Shown here piece by piece: positions 13,478-26,208 of a stretch of 64,000 nucleotides of DNA. This stretch comes from Leucoraja ocellata. Its lineage: Eukaryota. The position numbers and the translations under genes were made by a program. The notes beneath the pieces were generated by a model. That model was not told where the DNA came from. It saw nothing but the letters and a program-made list of their open reading frames with translations, and ran no database searches. Positions within the stretch are counted from its first letter, which is position 1. Each line of letters begins with the position of its first letter. Location of the stretch: the NCBI GenBank assembly GCA_036785375.1, contig JAWMAR010000463.1, forward strand, positions 930,001 to 994,000. Reading direction: 5' to 3'.

Positions 13478-13649
13478 ACTTGTGAAGCTTCCTTCGCTAC
13501 CAAAGACCGTCTGCGCTCTCACTTGACATGTCATGAGGAGAAAGTTCCCTGTCAGGTGTGCGGGAAATACTTGCGTGCGGCTTACATGACCGATCATATC
13601 AAAAAGCACAATGAAGGGCCAAATAACATCTGCAACATCTGTAATAAAG
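13478..13649 (+). CDS. PATZ1: PATZ1 coding exon 3 (172 bp)
   Basis: Acceptor tttccAG|, encodes TCEASFATKDRLRSHLTCHEEKVPCQVCGKYLRAAYMTDHIKKHNEGPNNICNICNK, donor G|GTAATT, phase 1. Confidence 0.96.
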
Positions 13650-15029
13650 GTAATTTTGTAATGAAAGTTAAAAGCGCACAAATGATTAATTGTGCAAATT
13701 TCTTCAACTGAAGGTTATTGCTGTAGAGATGCAAATAATCTTGATCGGAGATACCTGATTAGTTTGTGAATTGTTGTACCTTAACTACTTAAAAAGATAG
13801 TATAAACACATGAATTTACAATATGATAGAAATGGCGAATGATTCTTGATTTTAAAATAAGATTTAAAAAATATATATACTTTTGTGTTTGAAAGGTCAT
13901 CGTTAACATTCATGGAATTAGATTGTGTTCCATTATCCAAAATTGTTTCAGAAATGCATGTCGTGTTTCAAATTTTCACATATGCAACATATTTGTCACA
14001 TTTAAACCCAAATGATCAGTTATGTATTTAGAGTTTGTTGGATAATTGACTCAAAAAGTAGAAACTCACTGAAAAGTGCAACCTCCAGTCAATAATTGAT
14101 AATTGGAAGGGAAAACTAATGGGAAATATGTTCTGAAAATATGTGGCCATGGCATTAAAATGTTTAATATATTTTGATTGGATTTTGTATATACAAGGAA
14201 AAAAAAATATATTCACTGATGTAATTATTGCAGGATTACCCTGGTAGTTTTTCCCCCAATCTCCAGGTGCTTCAGACAAATTGGGACATGAACTCCAAAT
14301 ATATCTGGGGTTGGGTTAGGAAAGGTTTTGCTTTATTTATTTTTACATGGTATTTATTGTCCAAAGTGGTACTTCTTGCCTTTAGATGCATAAGCGAATC
14401 TGATGGGTTTTTATGGTAGTTGATTTGCTACAAAGTTACTTTTACTGCAACTAGCTTTAAATTAAGCTATATTTAATTATTTGTTAAAATTCCCCAGTTG
14501 CCATGATCAAATTGAGCTTGTGTTTTGTCAGTGGTCAATAAGTCTACTCCAGGAAACCAATCACAATGCTATGTTGAGATTATATAATTCTGTCCTTTCA
14601 TTGCTTTAGACATTGTCATTGGTCTACTTGCTTTAATTGTGATAGTAACTTGTTCCTAAATTAAGACCTAATCTTAATTCTTCTTTGCAAAGGTTTAATC
14701 AACGTTTACAAATTTCGTAACTAATCAAAATCCACCTTGTAAAATATAGAGAAAATTAGGGCTTGTTTGATCACTGAAGTCTAATTTGTTTAACTCTCCA
14801 GTATCTATTTCGTCAGAAAATAATTTTAGCTTTGTAGCATGTGGAATGATAACAATGATTTCAGTCTAAATCTGGTTTTGCTCCTGGTTTTAGTTGTTCC
14901 CAATTTGTTCATTGAAGACAAGATGTTTCTGCTTTGCTTGTTGTGGACAATTCTGTATGTTTTATCTACAGTTTTCTGGTATCAGAAGTATTGGTAATTG
15001 ATTAGCGGTGCAATATAAGACATTGTTAA

Positions 15030-15500
15030 ATAAAATTAGAGTACATGTGATTGGAAGTAAGATACTGGCATGTGTTGATTTTGTTAATGGATAGAAAACA
15101 GTAGGAGTTAATAAAGAGTTATTTTTAGGTTGGCATGTGGTAACGAGGGATGAGTTGCATGCGCCCTGGCTGTTTGTGGTCTATTTCAATGATTTTGACG
15201 AGGGAACAGAGCATGGTGTATAATATCTAAATTTGCTAATAATGTAAAGCTGGATGGCACTCTAAATTATGAAGAAAATATAGAAATACTTCAAGATAAT
15301 ATAGAAAGTTCAAGTGAATGGACAAAGACGTGGATGGAACATTAACTGGGAAAATGTGAAACTGGTTTAAAAAAAAGAGTGGAGAATTTTCTAAATGATG
15401 AGGGGTTGAAAAGAGTTGTTGTTCAAAAAGATCTAGTTGTCTTTGTATATGAATCACTAAATGTACCAACAACGGTTGCAGGAGAGATGATCTTGCTGAA
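15030..15500 (+). mobile_element. Degraded CR1 RT-region fragment
   Basis: Remnants of YINDLDEG and SKFA.., as ctatttcaatgattttgacgaggg and tctaaatttgct. Confidence 0.55.
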
Positions 15501-15524
15501 ACATATAAAATATTTGGTATTAGT

Positions 15525-15760
15525 TTTTGAGATGCAGCGTGGAAACAGACATATCGGGCCACTGAATCCGCGCCAACCAGCAATCACCCGTCCACTTGTC
15601 CTATTCCACACACTATTTACAGAAGTGTCTTTGGAATGTAGGAACAAACCGGAGCACCTGGAGAAAACCCACACAGTAAAGGAAGAATGTGCAAACTCCG
15701 TACAGACAGCATCTGTAGTCAGGATGGAACCCGGGTCTCTGGCGCTGAAAAGCAGCAACA
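15525..15760 (-). mobile_element. V-SINE, internally deleted
   Basis: Reverse complement of the V-SINE head and V-domain (aaaccggagcacctggagaaaacccac...tgcaaactccgtacagacagca...gaacccgggtctctggcgctg). Confidence 0.75.
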
Positions 15761-16404
15761 TTATTGGACTTGACAGGGTAGATCAAAAACAATAACTGTG
15801 ATGGCTAGAAGACTGAAGTAAAAAAACAGAAGCACTTGAACTACTCTTCAGGTCAAGCTGCACCAGTAGAAGTGAATAAGCACAGTAAACCTTTTTAAAA
15901 ACTGCCGAATTATCAAAAGAGAAGTTGCTGGTAATCTAAAATTAAAATAAAATACTTGAATATCTGTGGTGAGAGAAATGCCGAGTACATGTTACAGATA
16001 GTGTGATGCAGGGTTGGTATTTCACCTGGCTGGGGTGAGTAGAATAGTCTCAAAGTAAGGGTTCATCTTTGGGACTTAGATTTGAAGAAATTCTTTCTCT
16101 GCAAGAGAACTAAATCCTTGATATTCTGTACGTACAAGGGCTATACGCTCAGTCATAAGACCAAGATAGACTGATAATTAGATATCAGGAAATCAATAAG
16201 TATTGATGGAAGAACATGTTAATGGAAGAACATGGTATGGAAAGTAGAGGTCTAGGCTATGCAGTCTCTCCTTGTGTGATAGACATGCTCTCCCAGGAAT
16301 CTTCTTGTGTACCTTCACTACAGTTCCTAAACTAATAAATCCTTTAGAAAAGAAGGCCTGAGTTTTTCACCGTGCTTCAGTTGCCTTAATTGAAAGGTGG
16401 ATAT

Positions 16405-17640
16405 ATAAAAGCCTGCAGATGTTGGACTTTGGAGCAAAAAACAAACTGCTAGAGAATCTCAAAAGCCCTGCCAGCATCTGAAGAGGGAAATTGACCCTTG
16501 TTGTTGGTCATGATTCTTCACATATATTGAAAGAGTAGAAAGGAGATAGCCTGCATAAAGAGGTGGCAGGGAGAGGTGACACACGAGCTGGCAAGCAATA
16601 AGTGCATTCAGATGTGGAAGGGTTGATTGGCTGATGGAGTAAGGTAGGAGTGGTGGAGATGGTGACAGGAGCTGGGAGGAGATGTGGAGATGACAAAGGT
16701 TTGCAGAATATGGAATCTGATAAGAACCAAATAAGGGAGAGATGGTGGGCCAATGGGAACAGTAGGAGAGGGTATAATGGTCATGGTGGGAGGATTTTGT
16801 ATGATTGGCAGGTGGGGCAGGAGAACGAAACTGGGTTGGCTTGGTTGGAAAAAGGGTGCGTGTGAGTGTGCACATGTGCATGTGGGTGTGTGAGAGGAAT
16901 TGGATAGGTATGATGGAGAGAAAAGAGGACGAGGGGATAAAGATGACCTGTAATTAGAAAATTCAATATTCAAGCTGTTGGGTTGTAGAGTACCCAGGTG
17001 GAATATAAGGTGCTGTTTCTCTAGTATGTGGTTGGCCTAACCATGGCAGAGGGACAGACAAGACAGAAATGTCAGTGTGGGAATGGGAAGAGGAATTCAA
17101 ATGGTTAGCAATGGCAGGGCTGGATTTAGATGAAGAGAGGCCCTAAGCTGTTTAACTTGTGAGGCCCCCTCCACGTTGGTTTTCAGCGCTGGCGGCGAGG
17201 CAGCGACCAGACAGCCATGGCGGCCGATGATGTGCTGGCCGTGGTTGTGAGCATGTGCAGGGGGAGGACGTGCAGGCCGAAGCAATACGCATGTGCAATG
17301 CGGTCTGCCGTGCCGGCGGATGAGGAGTGAGCGGAGCCCGGCGGCCCGGACACGGATAGCGGGGGGAGATGGAGAGGGAGAGATAGAGAGGGGGGCCCGC
17401 CCAGAGTTGAACGGTAGGTGTCCTGCCTTGGCTGGAGGCCCCCTAGATTTCGAGGCCCTAGGCTTCAGGCTATGAAGCCTAGTGGTAAATCCGGCTCTGC
17501 GAGGCCCCCCTAGACCTCGAGGCCCTAAGCTTAAGCTTGTCTAGCTTATAGGTAAATCCGGCCCTGAGCAATGGGGAGCTCCAAGAGGCATAGTGGGTAG
17601 AGCGCAAGTGCTTGGCAAAGTGGTCACTTACTTTATACTA
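16405..17640 (-). mobile_element. Penelope-like element remnant (GIY-YIG region plus terminal repeat), host of the hAT MITE
   Basis: Minus strand reads SDHFAKHLR at about 17600 and the LQP..LNIEFSNY C-terminus at about 16950. Similar to 40480-41030. Confidence 0.65.
17115..17566. mobile_element. Non-autonomous hAT (Tip100/MER45-like) MITE, 452 bp
   Basis: TIRs CAGGGCTGGATTTA ... TAAATCCGGCCCTG with an exact 8-bp TSD AGCAATGG at 17107-17114 and 17567-17574. Confidence 0.9.
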
Positions 17641-18289
17641 GCTTTCAAGGTTTGGTTAAAATTGCGGCTTGCATGCCATCATGTATGAGACCTAAGATTG
17701 AGACGATTTTCTGAGGACATGCAAATTTGAGAAAGATGCAGTTCTTCCCACCTGTTGACAGCCCACACATACAAATGAGTGTTTGGGAGATTAGCAGGGT
17801 GGATGGGGATGGATTTGACAGCTGCTGCGGGGCCGCATACATCTTATGCTAGGTGGGAGTGGGCCATTTTTACATCCCTTTACTCACCATTCCAACCCCA
17901 AGCTTCAACAATTAATGACTGAGTTGAGCAAGTAGAGCTGAGAGAGCTCAGTCTCACTCACTTGCTCACACCAGCTGGCAGCTGTTCCTCCCACGCCTCC
18001 TGGCTCCCCCATCATAATGGTTTCCCTTATCCTCTCCCACTCTTTGTGTTTGTTTATTTCCGACACAACTCACATTGTGATTCAGAGAGTAACAGAGAAG
18101 ATAGTTGAGGAAGACAATTCCATGCCATTTGGATTTATCCACTTCTTGAAGATGTCACAATTATGGCATTTGTATAGTAATCAATTGTTTACATACTGCA
18201 GTGCGAAGATCCAAACCAGTTAACTAAGCGGGTGGTTGTGTCACAACCCACAATCTTTTGATTTTACAGTTGTATAGTTATTATTGAAC

Positions 18290-18885
18290 AGGACGTCTGG
18301 AACAAATGTTCTGCCAAGAGGATCTGTGATTTGTCTACCTTTTGTTATTTATATCAATGATTTGGATGAGATTGCAAGTAACGGGGTTAGTAAATTTATG
18401 CATGACACTAAAATTGGTGGTGCAGTAGATAGTGAAGACGATTATCAAAGATTACAATGGGATCTTGATTAAGTGGGTCGCTGGGGTGAGGAGTGACAAG
18501 AGTTTAATTCCGATAAATACAAAGGTATTTGGTAAGACAAACCAGAGCAGGACCTGCACAGTAAATAATATGGACCTGAGCAATGTTTATGGTTGCAGGT
18601 ACATAGTTCCATGAATATGGCGACACAGTTAGACAGGATGAAGTGGAAGGCATTTGGCATGCTTGCCTTCATCCGTCAGAGTATTGTGTATAAATTTCTG
18701 GCATCAAATTGCATCTCTACAAAGCATTGATAAAGTCACATTTGGAGTAATGAAAATCCGTTCTGGTTGCCTTGCTACAGGAAGGATGTCAATAAACTGG
18801 AAAGGGTGAAATGAATATTTACAGGGATGTTACTGGGTCTGGAGGGTTTGAGTTATAAAGATAGGCTGGGACTTTTTTCCCTGAG
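18290..18885 (+). mobile_element. CR1 LINE RT fragment
   Basis: VLPRGSV..FVIYINDLDE..VSKFMHDTKIGGAVDSEDDYQRLQWDLD, the CR1 RT core, frameshifted downstream. Confidence 0.85.
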
Positions 18886-18932
18886 CATTATTCTGATAGT
18901 ATGAAATAAATGTATATTACATTCTCTACATA

Positions 18933-19019
18933 CAGTCTGAAGAAGGGTTTCGGCCCGAAACGTTGCCTATTTCCTTCGTTCCATAGATGCTGAGTTTCTC
19001 CAGCATTTTTGTGTACCTT
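18933..19019 (+). mobile_element. Penelope-type terminal repeat carrying a minimal hammerhead-like core
   Basis: cagt CTGAAGA a GGGTT tc GGCCC GAAA cgtt gcctatttcc...agatgctg...ccagcatttttgtg. Near-identical to the reverse complement of 30659-30757. Confidence 0.7.
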
Positions 19020-20563
19020 GCATTCTCTAATCCATGGACCATGTTTCCTTATTCAAATTAATGTTCATGTCATTGAGAGATAAATAATCTAGTTCATCAG
19101 CATAGGAGCAGAAATCAATTACTGATCATTTATAGTCTTCATGCCTTCCTGGCTGAAGTTGAGAGCTGAAAATATATTGTTATAGTCACTGGTAGCCTCT
19201 GCTGTTGCACCATCTTGACAACATGGATATACCTGATTTCTAAGATCTGTTAACTAAGCACATGTATGTTGTAGTTATGTGATTGATTACACTGTCACAT
19301 TTCCTCAGTAGTGAGAGTTACTCAGCTGGGCTGCAAGATGTGCTGAGAATGGTGATTACAATCATTCAACATACTTTTCGTTAGCTTTCTGCTTTGCTCC
19401 TCCAGATGGCAGGTTGTTCTGCCAGCTCTCTGTTTGAGTATTAATGTTTCCTGTTGATGATTGCTGACTGACTCTGGGCCCTCTAACAGCTATGGCGGCA
19501 GGGTTTTCTTTTAGAAGAGGCACTTCAAACATTAATTTTATATACTCTACATTAACACTGCACATTATTGTCCACTTGTTTTCATTACGTTTGTCTTATT
19601 CCTTTCTTACTTGTGTTCTCAGAATTTCATGGCAGTCCAGTTTAGCGATATCCACAGATAGATCTCCTTCACATGGCATTCCTCTCTTCCTCCACACAAC
19701 TACCGCCTAGCTAAGTGCAAATCCCAGTTGGGTTTATTGTCATGCAATCTGAAGTCCCAGACCTGTACCTTTTAACCCCTTAGTAGCTGGTTGTTAATGT
19801 TCTGTACCCTATTTCAGGGGAGGCCTGATCAGCCAGTATTTTTCACAGACTCTGTTAAACTGATTCATCTAGCTCCACGAAGTAAAGAAAGAATACATTT
19901 GGTTGATATTATTTTGGGACCATGGAGTTTCAGCATTAATTTATCCCTATCGTGCAACCTAGTTCTAAATGAAGGTGCTGCTTCAAACCAAGGCCTAGTT
20001 TCTACACAGTATTGAATAAAGGCTGCAAGCCTGAACTGAGGTGGATTCATTGGAAAACAGCCCATCCCTGCAGTTCTGAGTTTACGATTGAAAGTAGAAT
20101 TTTTACGATCGTTTTAAGAACATACTTTTACTGTTTTCAAATCTGTTCTTCTGAACGAGTTGTCAATATGAAAATTTGGAACTGCAGAAATTGTACTGGT
20201 TATGGGTCTCCTACTTGTGGCAACATTCTCTGGACCTGCTTGAGAACATGAGAATCACAAAACAAGTATAATGATGCAAGTATGTTTTTATTCCTGTAAC
20301 ATACCCTGATACTAATGTGTTATATAAAACTAGTGATTAAAGTTGCATCACCTCCAGATGAAGGAGACTGCCTAACATCAAGTATTGTATATATTTGGAT
20401 AAGCAGCTGAGAAGAAAATGTATTGAATGTAAAATATCCCCATTAGAAAATAAATATTTTAATCGTGGAATTCTGGAATATTTTAACCTCTGATGTTCAG
20501 AAGTCTGGGGTGCTGAGATTTCATCTGATGGAGTGACAGAATCTCTTCTGTCTTTTTCCTCAG

Positions 20564-20746
20564 GTTTTTCTACTGCTTCCTACTTAAGGGTCCATATTAA
20601 AACCCACCATGGTGTCCCTCTTCCCACCTCGCACACTTCTGACCCTTGTGACAGGCGGTGCAAGCCCCAGACTCAGATCATGATTCACAAGCAAACACAG
20701 AGCGGGGAGATGGCTTTTCACTTTGACAGAACACGCTCGTTACAAG
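20564..20746 (+). CDS. PATZ1: PATZ1 coding exon 4 (183 bp, symmetric phase 1-1; 3' end at a probable GC donor)
   Basis: Acceptor tttttcctcAG|, encodes GFSTASYLRVHIKTHHGVPLP...GEMAFHFDRTRSLQ. The best frame-compatible donor after the conserved AFHxxRT motif is CAAG|GCAAGC. Confidence 0.85.
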
Positions 20747-21927
20747 GCAAGCTAACTGCCATCATTTTTTATATTGTGTGAGTGGGCAGAACCATGCAGA
20801 AGTAGTTGAATGACAGAAACCCTGTTGTAAATCCTAATTTGACCTGATGTGGTATAACAGTGTTGAAGGAGATGATGTTATCAATTTATTTTCATATTAT
20901 TAATAACCAATCTTTCCTCTGTTGTGACGAATCACAGCCATGTAACCCTGAAGTCTTCTGAAAGGTCGACATAACTAATCCCAACTAGTCACAGTTTTTG
21001 AAGTCTGCACAAACAAAGAGGTTAAAAAGGACTCAAAATTGATTAGCGTTACAATTATTTTGGAAGATGTGCAGGGCTCATTATGTAAAATGTATAACAT
21101 AATAGCAGGGTGTGGTGGTAGAGGAAGAGGAAATTGATAAACATTGCTATCTGAGCTCAGACAAAGAGTTCAGTGATTGGAAATCAAAAAAATTGCAGAT
21201 GCTTGAGATATGAAATGAAAACTAAATGCTGAAAACAGAAAATCTGGTTGCATTGGAAGAAAGAAACAAAATTAGTGTTTCAGGTCAAAACCCCTTCACC
21301 AAATCTGGAATAGTGAGATGACAAATTTTAAAATGCAGAGGTATGAGAGAGGGATGGATAAGCCAAAGGAAATATCTGATAGAATGAGGCCAAGGTTGCT
21401 GTGTTAATGAAGCTATCTATTTCAATTGAGAGCAATTATACAAAAAAAAATGAAGTGGCTTCTAAAAGTTCTAAAATGCAGCTCGGCGCTATAGCAGAGA
21501 ACTGAAGCCAAAAGAAAAATACACAGCAATATCTGGAGCGAGCGAAAAAAATAACTTGAATTAATATTATGGAAGAATACAGCAGAAGATAGAATATCTC
21601 TTTAGTACAATATTGGTCCTGTACTAAATAAACACAAAGCATAATTTAAATCCCTTTCCTGTGAAAAATCAAAGAAACTAAAAGTTCTTCAGTTCAAAGT
21701 TCTCCTCTCCCTGTTCCAGACAGAAGTAATTGCATTTTGTTGACAATTAAAGTACTTTTCACTACTTTTAGATTTAAGGTCCGGGATGCGTATAACTTTG
21801 TATTCACTTCTCAATTATGCCACCCTGATGTATTAGCTTGTGGAGGTGGGTTTAAGCATGTGCTTGTTTACCAACCATATGTCAAACATTTTCATGATCT
21901 TTTACTGTTCTCTGGAAGAAGGGAAAT

Positions 21928-22062
21928 NNNNNNNNNNNNNNNNNNNNNNNNNNNNNNNNNNNNNNNNNNNNNNNNNNNNNNNNNNNNNNNNNNNNNNNNN
22001 NNNNNNNNNNNNNNNNNNNNNNNNNNNNNNNNNNNNNNNNNNNNNNNNNNNNNNNNNNNNNN
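21928..22062. other. Assembly gap (135 N) in PATZ1 intron 4
   Basis: Run of N. Confidence 1.
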
Positions 22063-23069
22063 AAGAACTATCTAAACAGACCAGCCAATCTGCAACATAA
22101 AAATTATGAAACTATCATCACATGAAACTGTCCTTTGCTGATGACATTTGATGGAATTATGTTATTACATTTTATTATTGGTGTTAAAAATCATATTTAT
22201 TTAAGTTGGGTTGTGTCAGGTTATGTTGTTGACGCTCACCAAGGCTTCCTACAGTATATTGGAACAAGTTCTTCAGTAGTGTTATTTAATGATGACATTT
22301 TGATACAAACACTGGAAAATTCAGTGAATCTTATTTCAAAAAGAGATCCATTCACAACTGTTACTCCCTTGTTTTATTCACATTTTCTGTTTAGTTTAAC
22401 TATTTTATTAAAATTGCTTTAAATTTTACTATTTGCAATTTTCATTTGAGAGTGAATATAGGAAACATGTTTCCTGGATTCTGAAATCTATTATATTCAT
22501 CTCCATTAGATTTTCCTTGTAGATTCCCGAGTTGCTCTGCCAAAAGCACAGATGTGAGTGGTGTCCACTCAGCTTTGTCTTTAGCTTTGCTCTCCCCTTG
22601 TGGCCTCTGCCTTTTATCTTATTTGGGTGTCTGGGTGAAATTGGAAACTTAAAAGTGCCCAATTGTGTGACATTTTGCCATCATAATTGCTTATTCTGTT
22701 TTCAGAGAGTGCTTGGTTGATGCCCAGTCGGGCTAGTGGTCAAGAGCTTTCTAGGTTCTATCACAAACAAGTACTAGAAAATTATTATCCCAAGAAATTC
22801 GTATTGTTTAGACCCTACAAGCAAATTCATATCTTGTAGTTCCATTACTTGATTTAAATACTTTGTATTAACAGGTAATTTGTGTCAATGAATGGAATAG
22901 CTTTGATTGGGAAAGAAAATGCTTGAAATGAAGAATGCTTTCCAGTCTATTGTCACATCTGGAAAGTCAGTGCAGTGTAATAGTGCAAAGTGGTGGTAGA
23001 GCCTTTGATTTATTTGTGAATTTCCTACCATGGCAAGCTGTAACATTTTTGTATTCCATGTTTCTGCAG

Positions 23070-23560
23070 ATGGTGAGATGGATGGGATGAAGTGCCCGCA
23101 TCAGGACTCGCAGGATAACTCTGACTCCTTTGGAGATCTCTCAGATATCAGTGACCTCAAGTCTCCCTTGAAACATGACCAGGATGAGTCCTTTCAGTGT
23201 GACCTTAACAATGGAAAAGTTAAAGTCGAATCCAACGCTGAACTATATGCAGAACCGAAGAAGTACACCTGCCCAGACTGCGGCTCTGTGTTTAAATCCA
23301 AGTCCTACCTGAATAAGCATATGTTGAAGGCCCATGTCAAACCCAGCGAGGGGCAACTGAATGACTTGTCCACTAGCCTAAGCTCACCCTTTTCACCCCA
23401 TCAGAACATGTCTCTCTTGGAGTCATTTGGATTTCAGATTGTGCAGAATGCATTTGGCGCAACTTTGGTAGATCCTGATCCTGATCCTGGTCCTTGTCCA
23501 GATCAAGAACCCAAGCAGAGCACTGATATCTCCGCTGACCAAAAGTCAGATCTTGTTTAG
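23070..23560 (+). CDS. PATZ1: PATZ1 terminal coding exon 5
   Basis: Acceptor tttctgcAG|, phase 1. Contains KCPHQD..SDSFGDLSD..SDLK, the last finger CPDCGSVFKSKSYLNKHMLKAH and the conserved SPFSPHQNMSLLESFGFQIVQ; stop TAG. Joined CDS is 2115 nt (704 aa). Confidence 0.96.
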
Positions 23561-24029
23561 GGGAGGCTCCGCAAAGTACAAAACATGATCAAAGCTGGGA
23601 GGCAGTGATCGGAATGACCACAAGTTTTTTTTAGTAAGACATCCAAAACAAAAGAATGTGGCTTGGGGTGGGATGAAACTTGCAGGCATTGTGGTCTGTA
23701 CCATCATGGCCATCTGATATTTTATACTTCAGAATATTGCCTTGGGCAAAAGATGATTCCTTGCGCAGTAGGTATCAGTCCCAAATCTTGGACGCAGCAG
23801 GTGTATTTGAACCACATCCAATATGTGAATTGGGGGTTGGCTCCTGTAGCTGAATTTTCCATTTGACTGCTTCTAATCAGAATATTACAGTGATATACTC
23901 CTATGCCAGCTAGTAAGTGTCTGTCCAATGAAATTTGTTCAAAATAAGCTAATTACACGATAATGTCATTTTTCAAATTTAAAAAGGACATTATGGAATG
24001 AATTAGATAAGTTTTAAAATAGTTTTACT

Positions 24030-25175
24030 AATAAACAGTGATTATTTTTAAAAAGTAATTGTAATTTCAAATCCCAGAAGGAGCATCACTCGCTGAAGCA
24101 ATGGATTCTTGTTGGGATCCCCCTTTGCAAAGACTTAGGTGCACAACAAGCAGAATTATTTGAATGCTCTAATCATTGGAGAGTAAAAAAATCAGAGTCA
24201 GCCATGGATTAGCCTGTATAGTAAGAGACGGTCTATTACAAGTTTATTCTCATTGGGCAGCATTTGTGCAGAGAGAAAAAAAACCGAAGTTAATGTTTTG
24301 GTCTGATAAAAGGTATTTATCCGGAGGCTTTAACTCTTTTTTCTGTGTCTGTGGATATTGCCTTATTCATTCAGTGTTTCCATCATTTCTTGTTTTTATT
24401 TCAGATTTTCAACATCTTCAGTATTTTGCTTAAGGATAGTCTACTACAGTTTCTTTATATTTTAAAACTAATTCTCAAAATCCAAACATCTCTGGCAGGG
24501 TTTTCAACAGATTGCCACGTGTCTGTATCCAATTTGGTATTTGTGGCTAAGTTGTGGAAAAATGTATTTAGATGAGAAGAGAAAATATTTGTAAATGTAT
24601 TTACAAGTGCATCCACACAAAAAGCCAGAATTATGCTGACTTAACTACAGAGTATGCTCTCAACTTTTCAAAATGAAAGCAGTCATTATAGTCATTACTA
24701 CTGAGGCAGAGAGAACTTGTGATCTTTCACCATCATGCTACAATGATCTAAGGTCCAGGCTTTTAGAAATGTAATCCCTTTTGAGCATATCAGTGCAAAT
24801 TTTCACTGAAGTGTTTTAACGCACAAAATCTCTTCGTTCTAATTCAGTTTTTAATGAAACCGTTTTAAATTACCTGAGATTTCATTCTTGCGTCATTTTC
24901 CTGTGCATTTTTACCACTGTGGTGATCTCTTTTGATACCAGACACCAGCAGGCTGCCAGTCATCTCTTCAGAGTAGTGAATGACTGTGAATTTCGAGGGG
25001 ATGAAAGCATTCTGTTGGAAATGTTATAATAATCAAAGTAATTGGTTAAAAAAAAAAGAAGCTAGGATGGAAACTAGAGCTTTCTGTCTCAGTAATGGGA
25101 AGCCTGACGTTTGGTAATGCAAACTTTGAAATGTATTGAATAAAAGTGTTTGAGAGGGGAAAAGGATCAATAAAC
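24030..25175 (+). promoter_or_regulatory. Candidate PATZ1 polyadenylation signals
   Basis: AATAAA at 24030, 25139 and about 25169, downstream of the stop. Usage cannot be determined from DNA. Confidence 0.3.
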
Positions 25176-26208
25176 ATAAGTGAGTCTTCAAAGTCCTCGA
25201 GAACCAGATTACACCAGATTTTCATTTTGTCACAGATATGACAAATGGAGCTTTAGGAGTTCATTGATAATTTATTGATTGACAAAGGGATGAGATTGTG
25301 CTAAATGATTTATTAGAAATAATGTGATACTTTGGTAAGAAAGGAAAAATGAAATGAATATAATTGATGCCTCTGTCCTGAATCTTCTGTAACATGTCTC
25401 CAGCCTGTATGGTTTATCTAAAAACTGTTTAAACTCTGAGGCGCCTGTTTGAGTGTACCAGAGCAAAAAGATGCAGTGCAAAGAAATGACTGTTACTTAG
25501 TAACACGATAAAATTAGGTGTTTATTTGGCTAATGTGAGACCATCCATTCTCTTGACAGTAGAATAATAATAAATGGTATTAACAGTACAAATTTGGCCT
25601 TGCCTTAAAATTAACCTACAAACTGAATTGTTTGGGTGGTATTCATTCTAAAATCCAGTTTGATGGTTCCAAACAGAGGATTTGTCATTACGTTATGGAG
25701 TTGCTTGTCAGTTGTGTTTAGATTGGCTGCTCATGTATATGGGCAGGAAGGGGAAGAAAGTAAATGTGAATAGTTGGCCATAACTAAGTGCTGTTTCCAT
25801 TTGGCTAAATATGGAGCCTTGAAGCTAACAGTTACAGTAAACGCTGTAGCACCTGAAAGAGGGAGGATTTAGGGCGGTAAATAATCCTGGGGGAATAAGG
25901 GAGCGGGCTCTTTAAGTAGCTCGTGAGGAGAAATCAAGAGATAAAAAATAAAGAAACACAATGTTTACAAAATTGATCATTGCAAATATACTTAAGCTGT
26001 CTTTCAGTCTCGAACAATTTCTAAAACTGATTGGGCAGAGGGTTCACAGATGGTTTTCGATGCAGGAGACTACTTGTATACTTAAAGAAATCCAGGCCCA
26101 AATGTAGTTCCCCATCTGACTGCAGGTATGGCTGAATCTCGATCTTACCTTTTTCATGAGTGTTTCTGTGATTTTATTTAGATAGGATGAAAATTATTTT
26201 GCTATTTT

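Noticed and set aside
22706-22874. Possible cryptic PATZ1 exon (ttttcAG acceptor, CAG|GTAATT donor) with an in-frame stop at 22837
   Set aside because: Only splice-like motifs, with no homology or transcript support. Such pairs are common in AT-rich introns.
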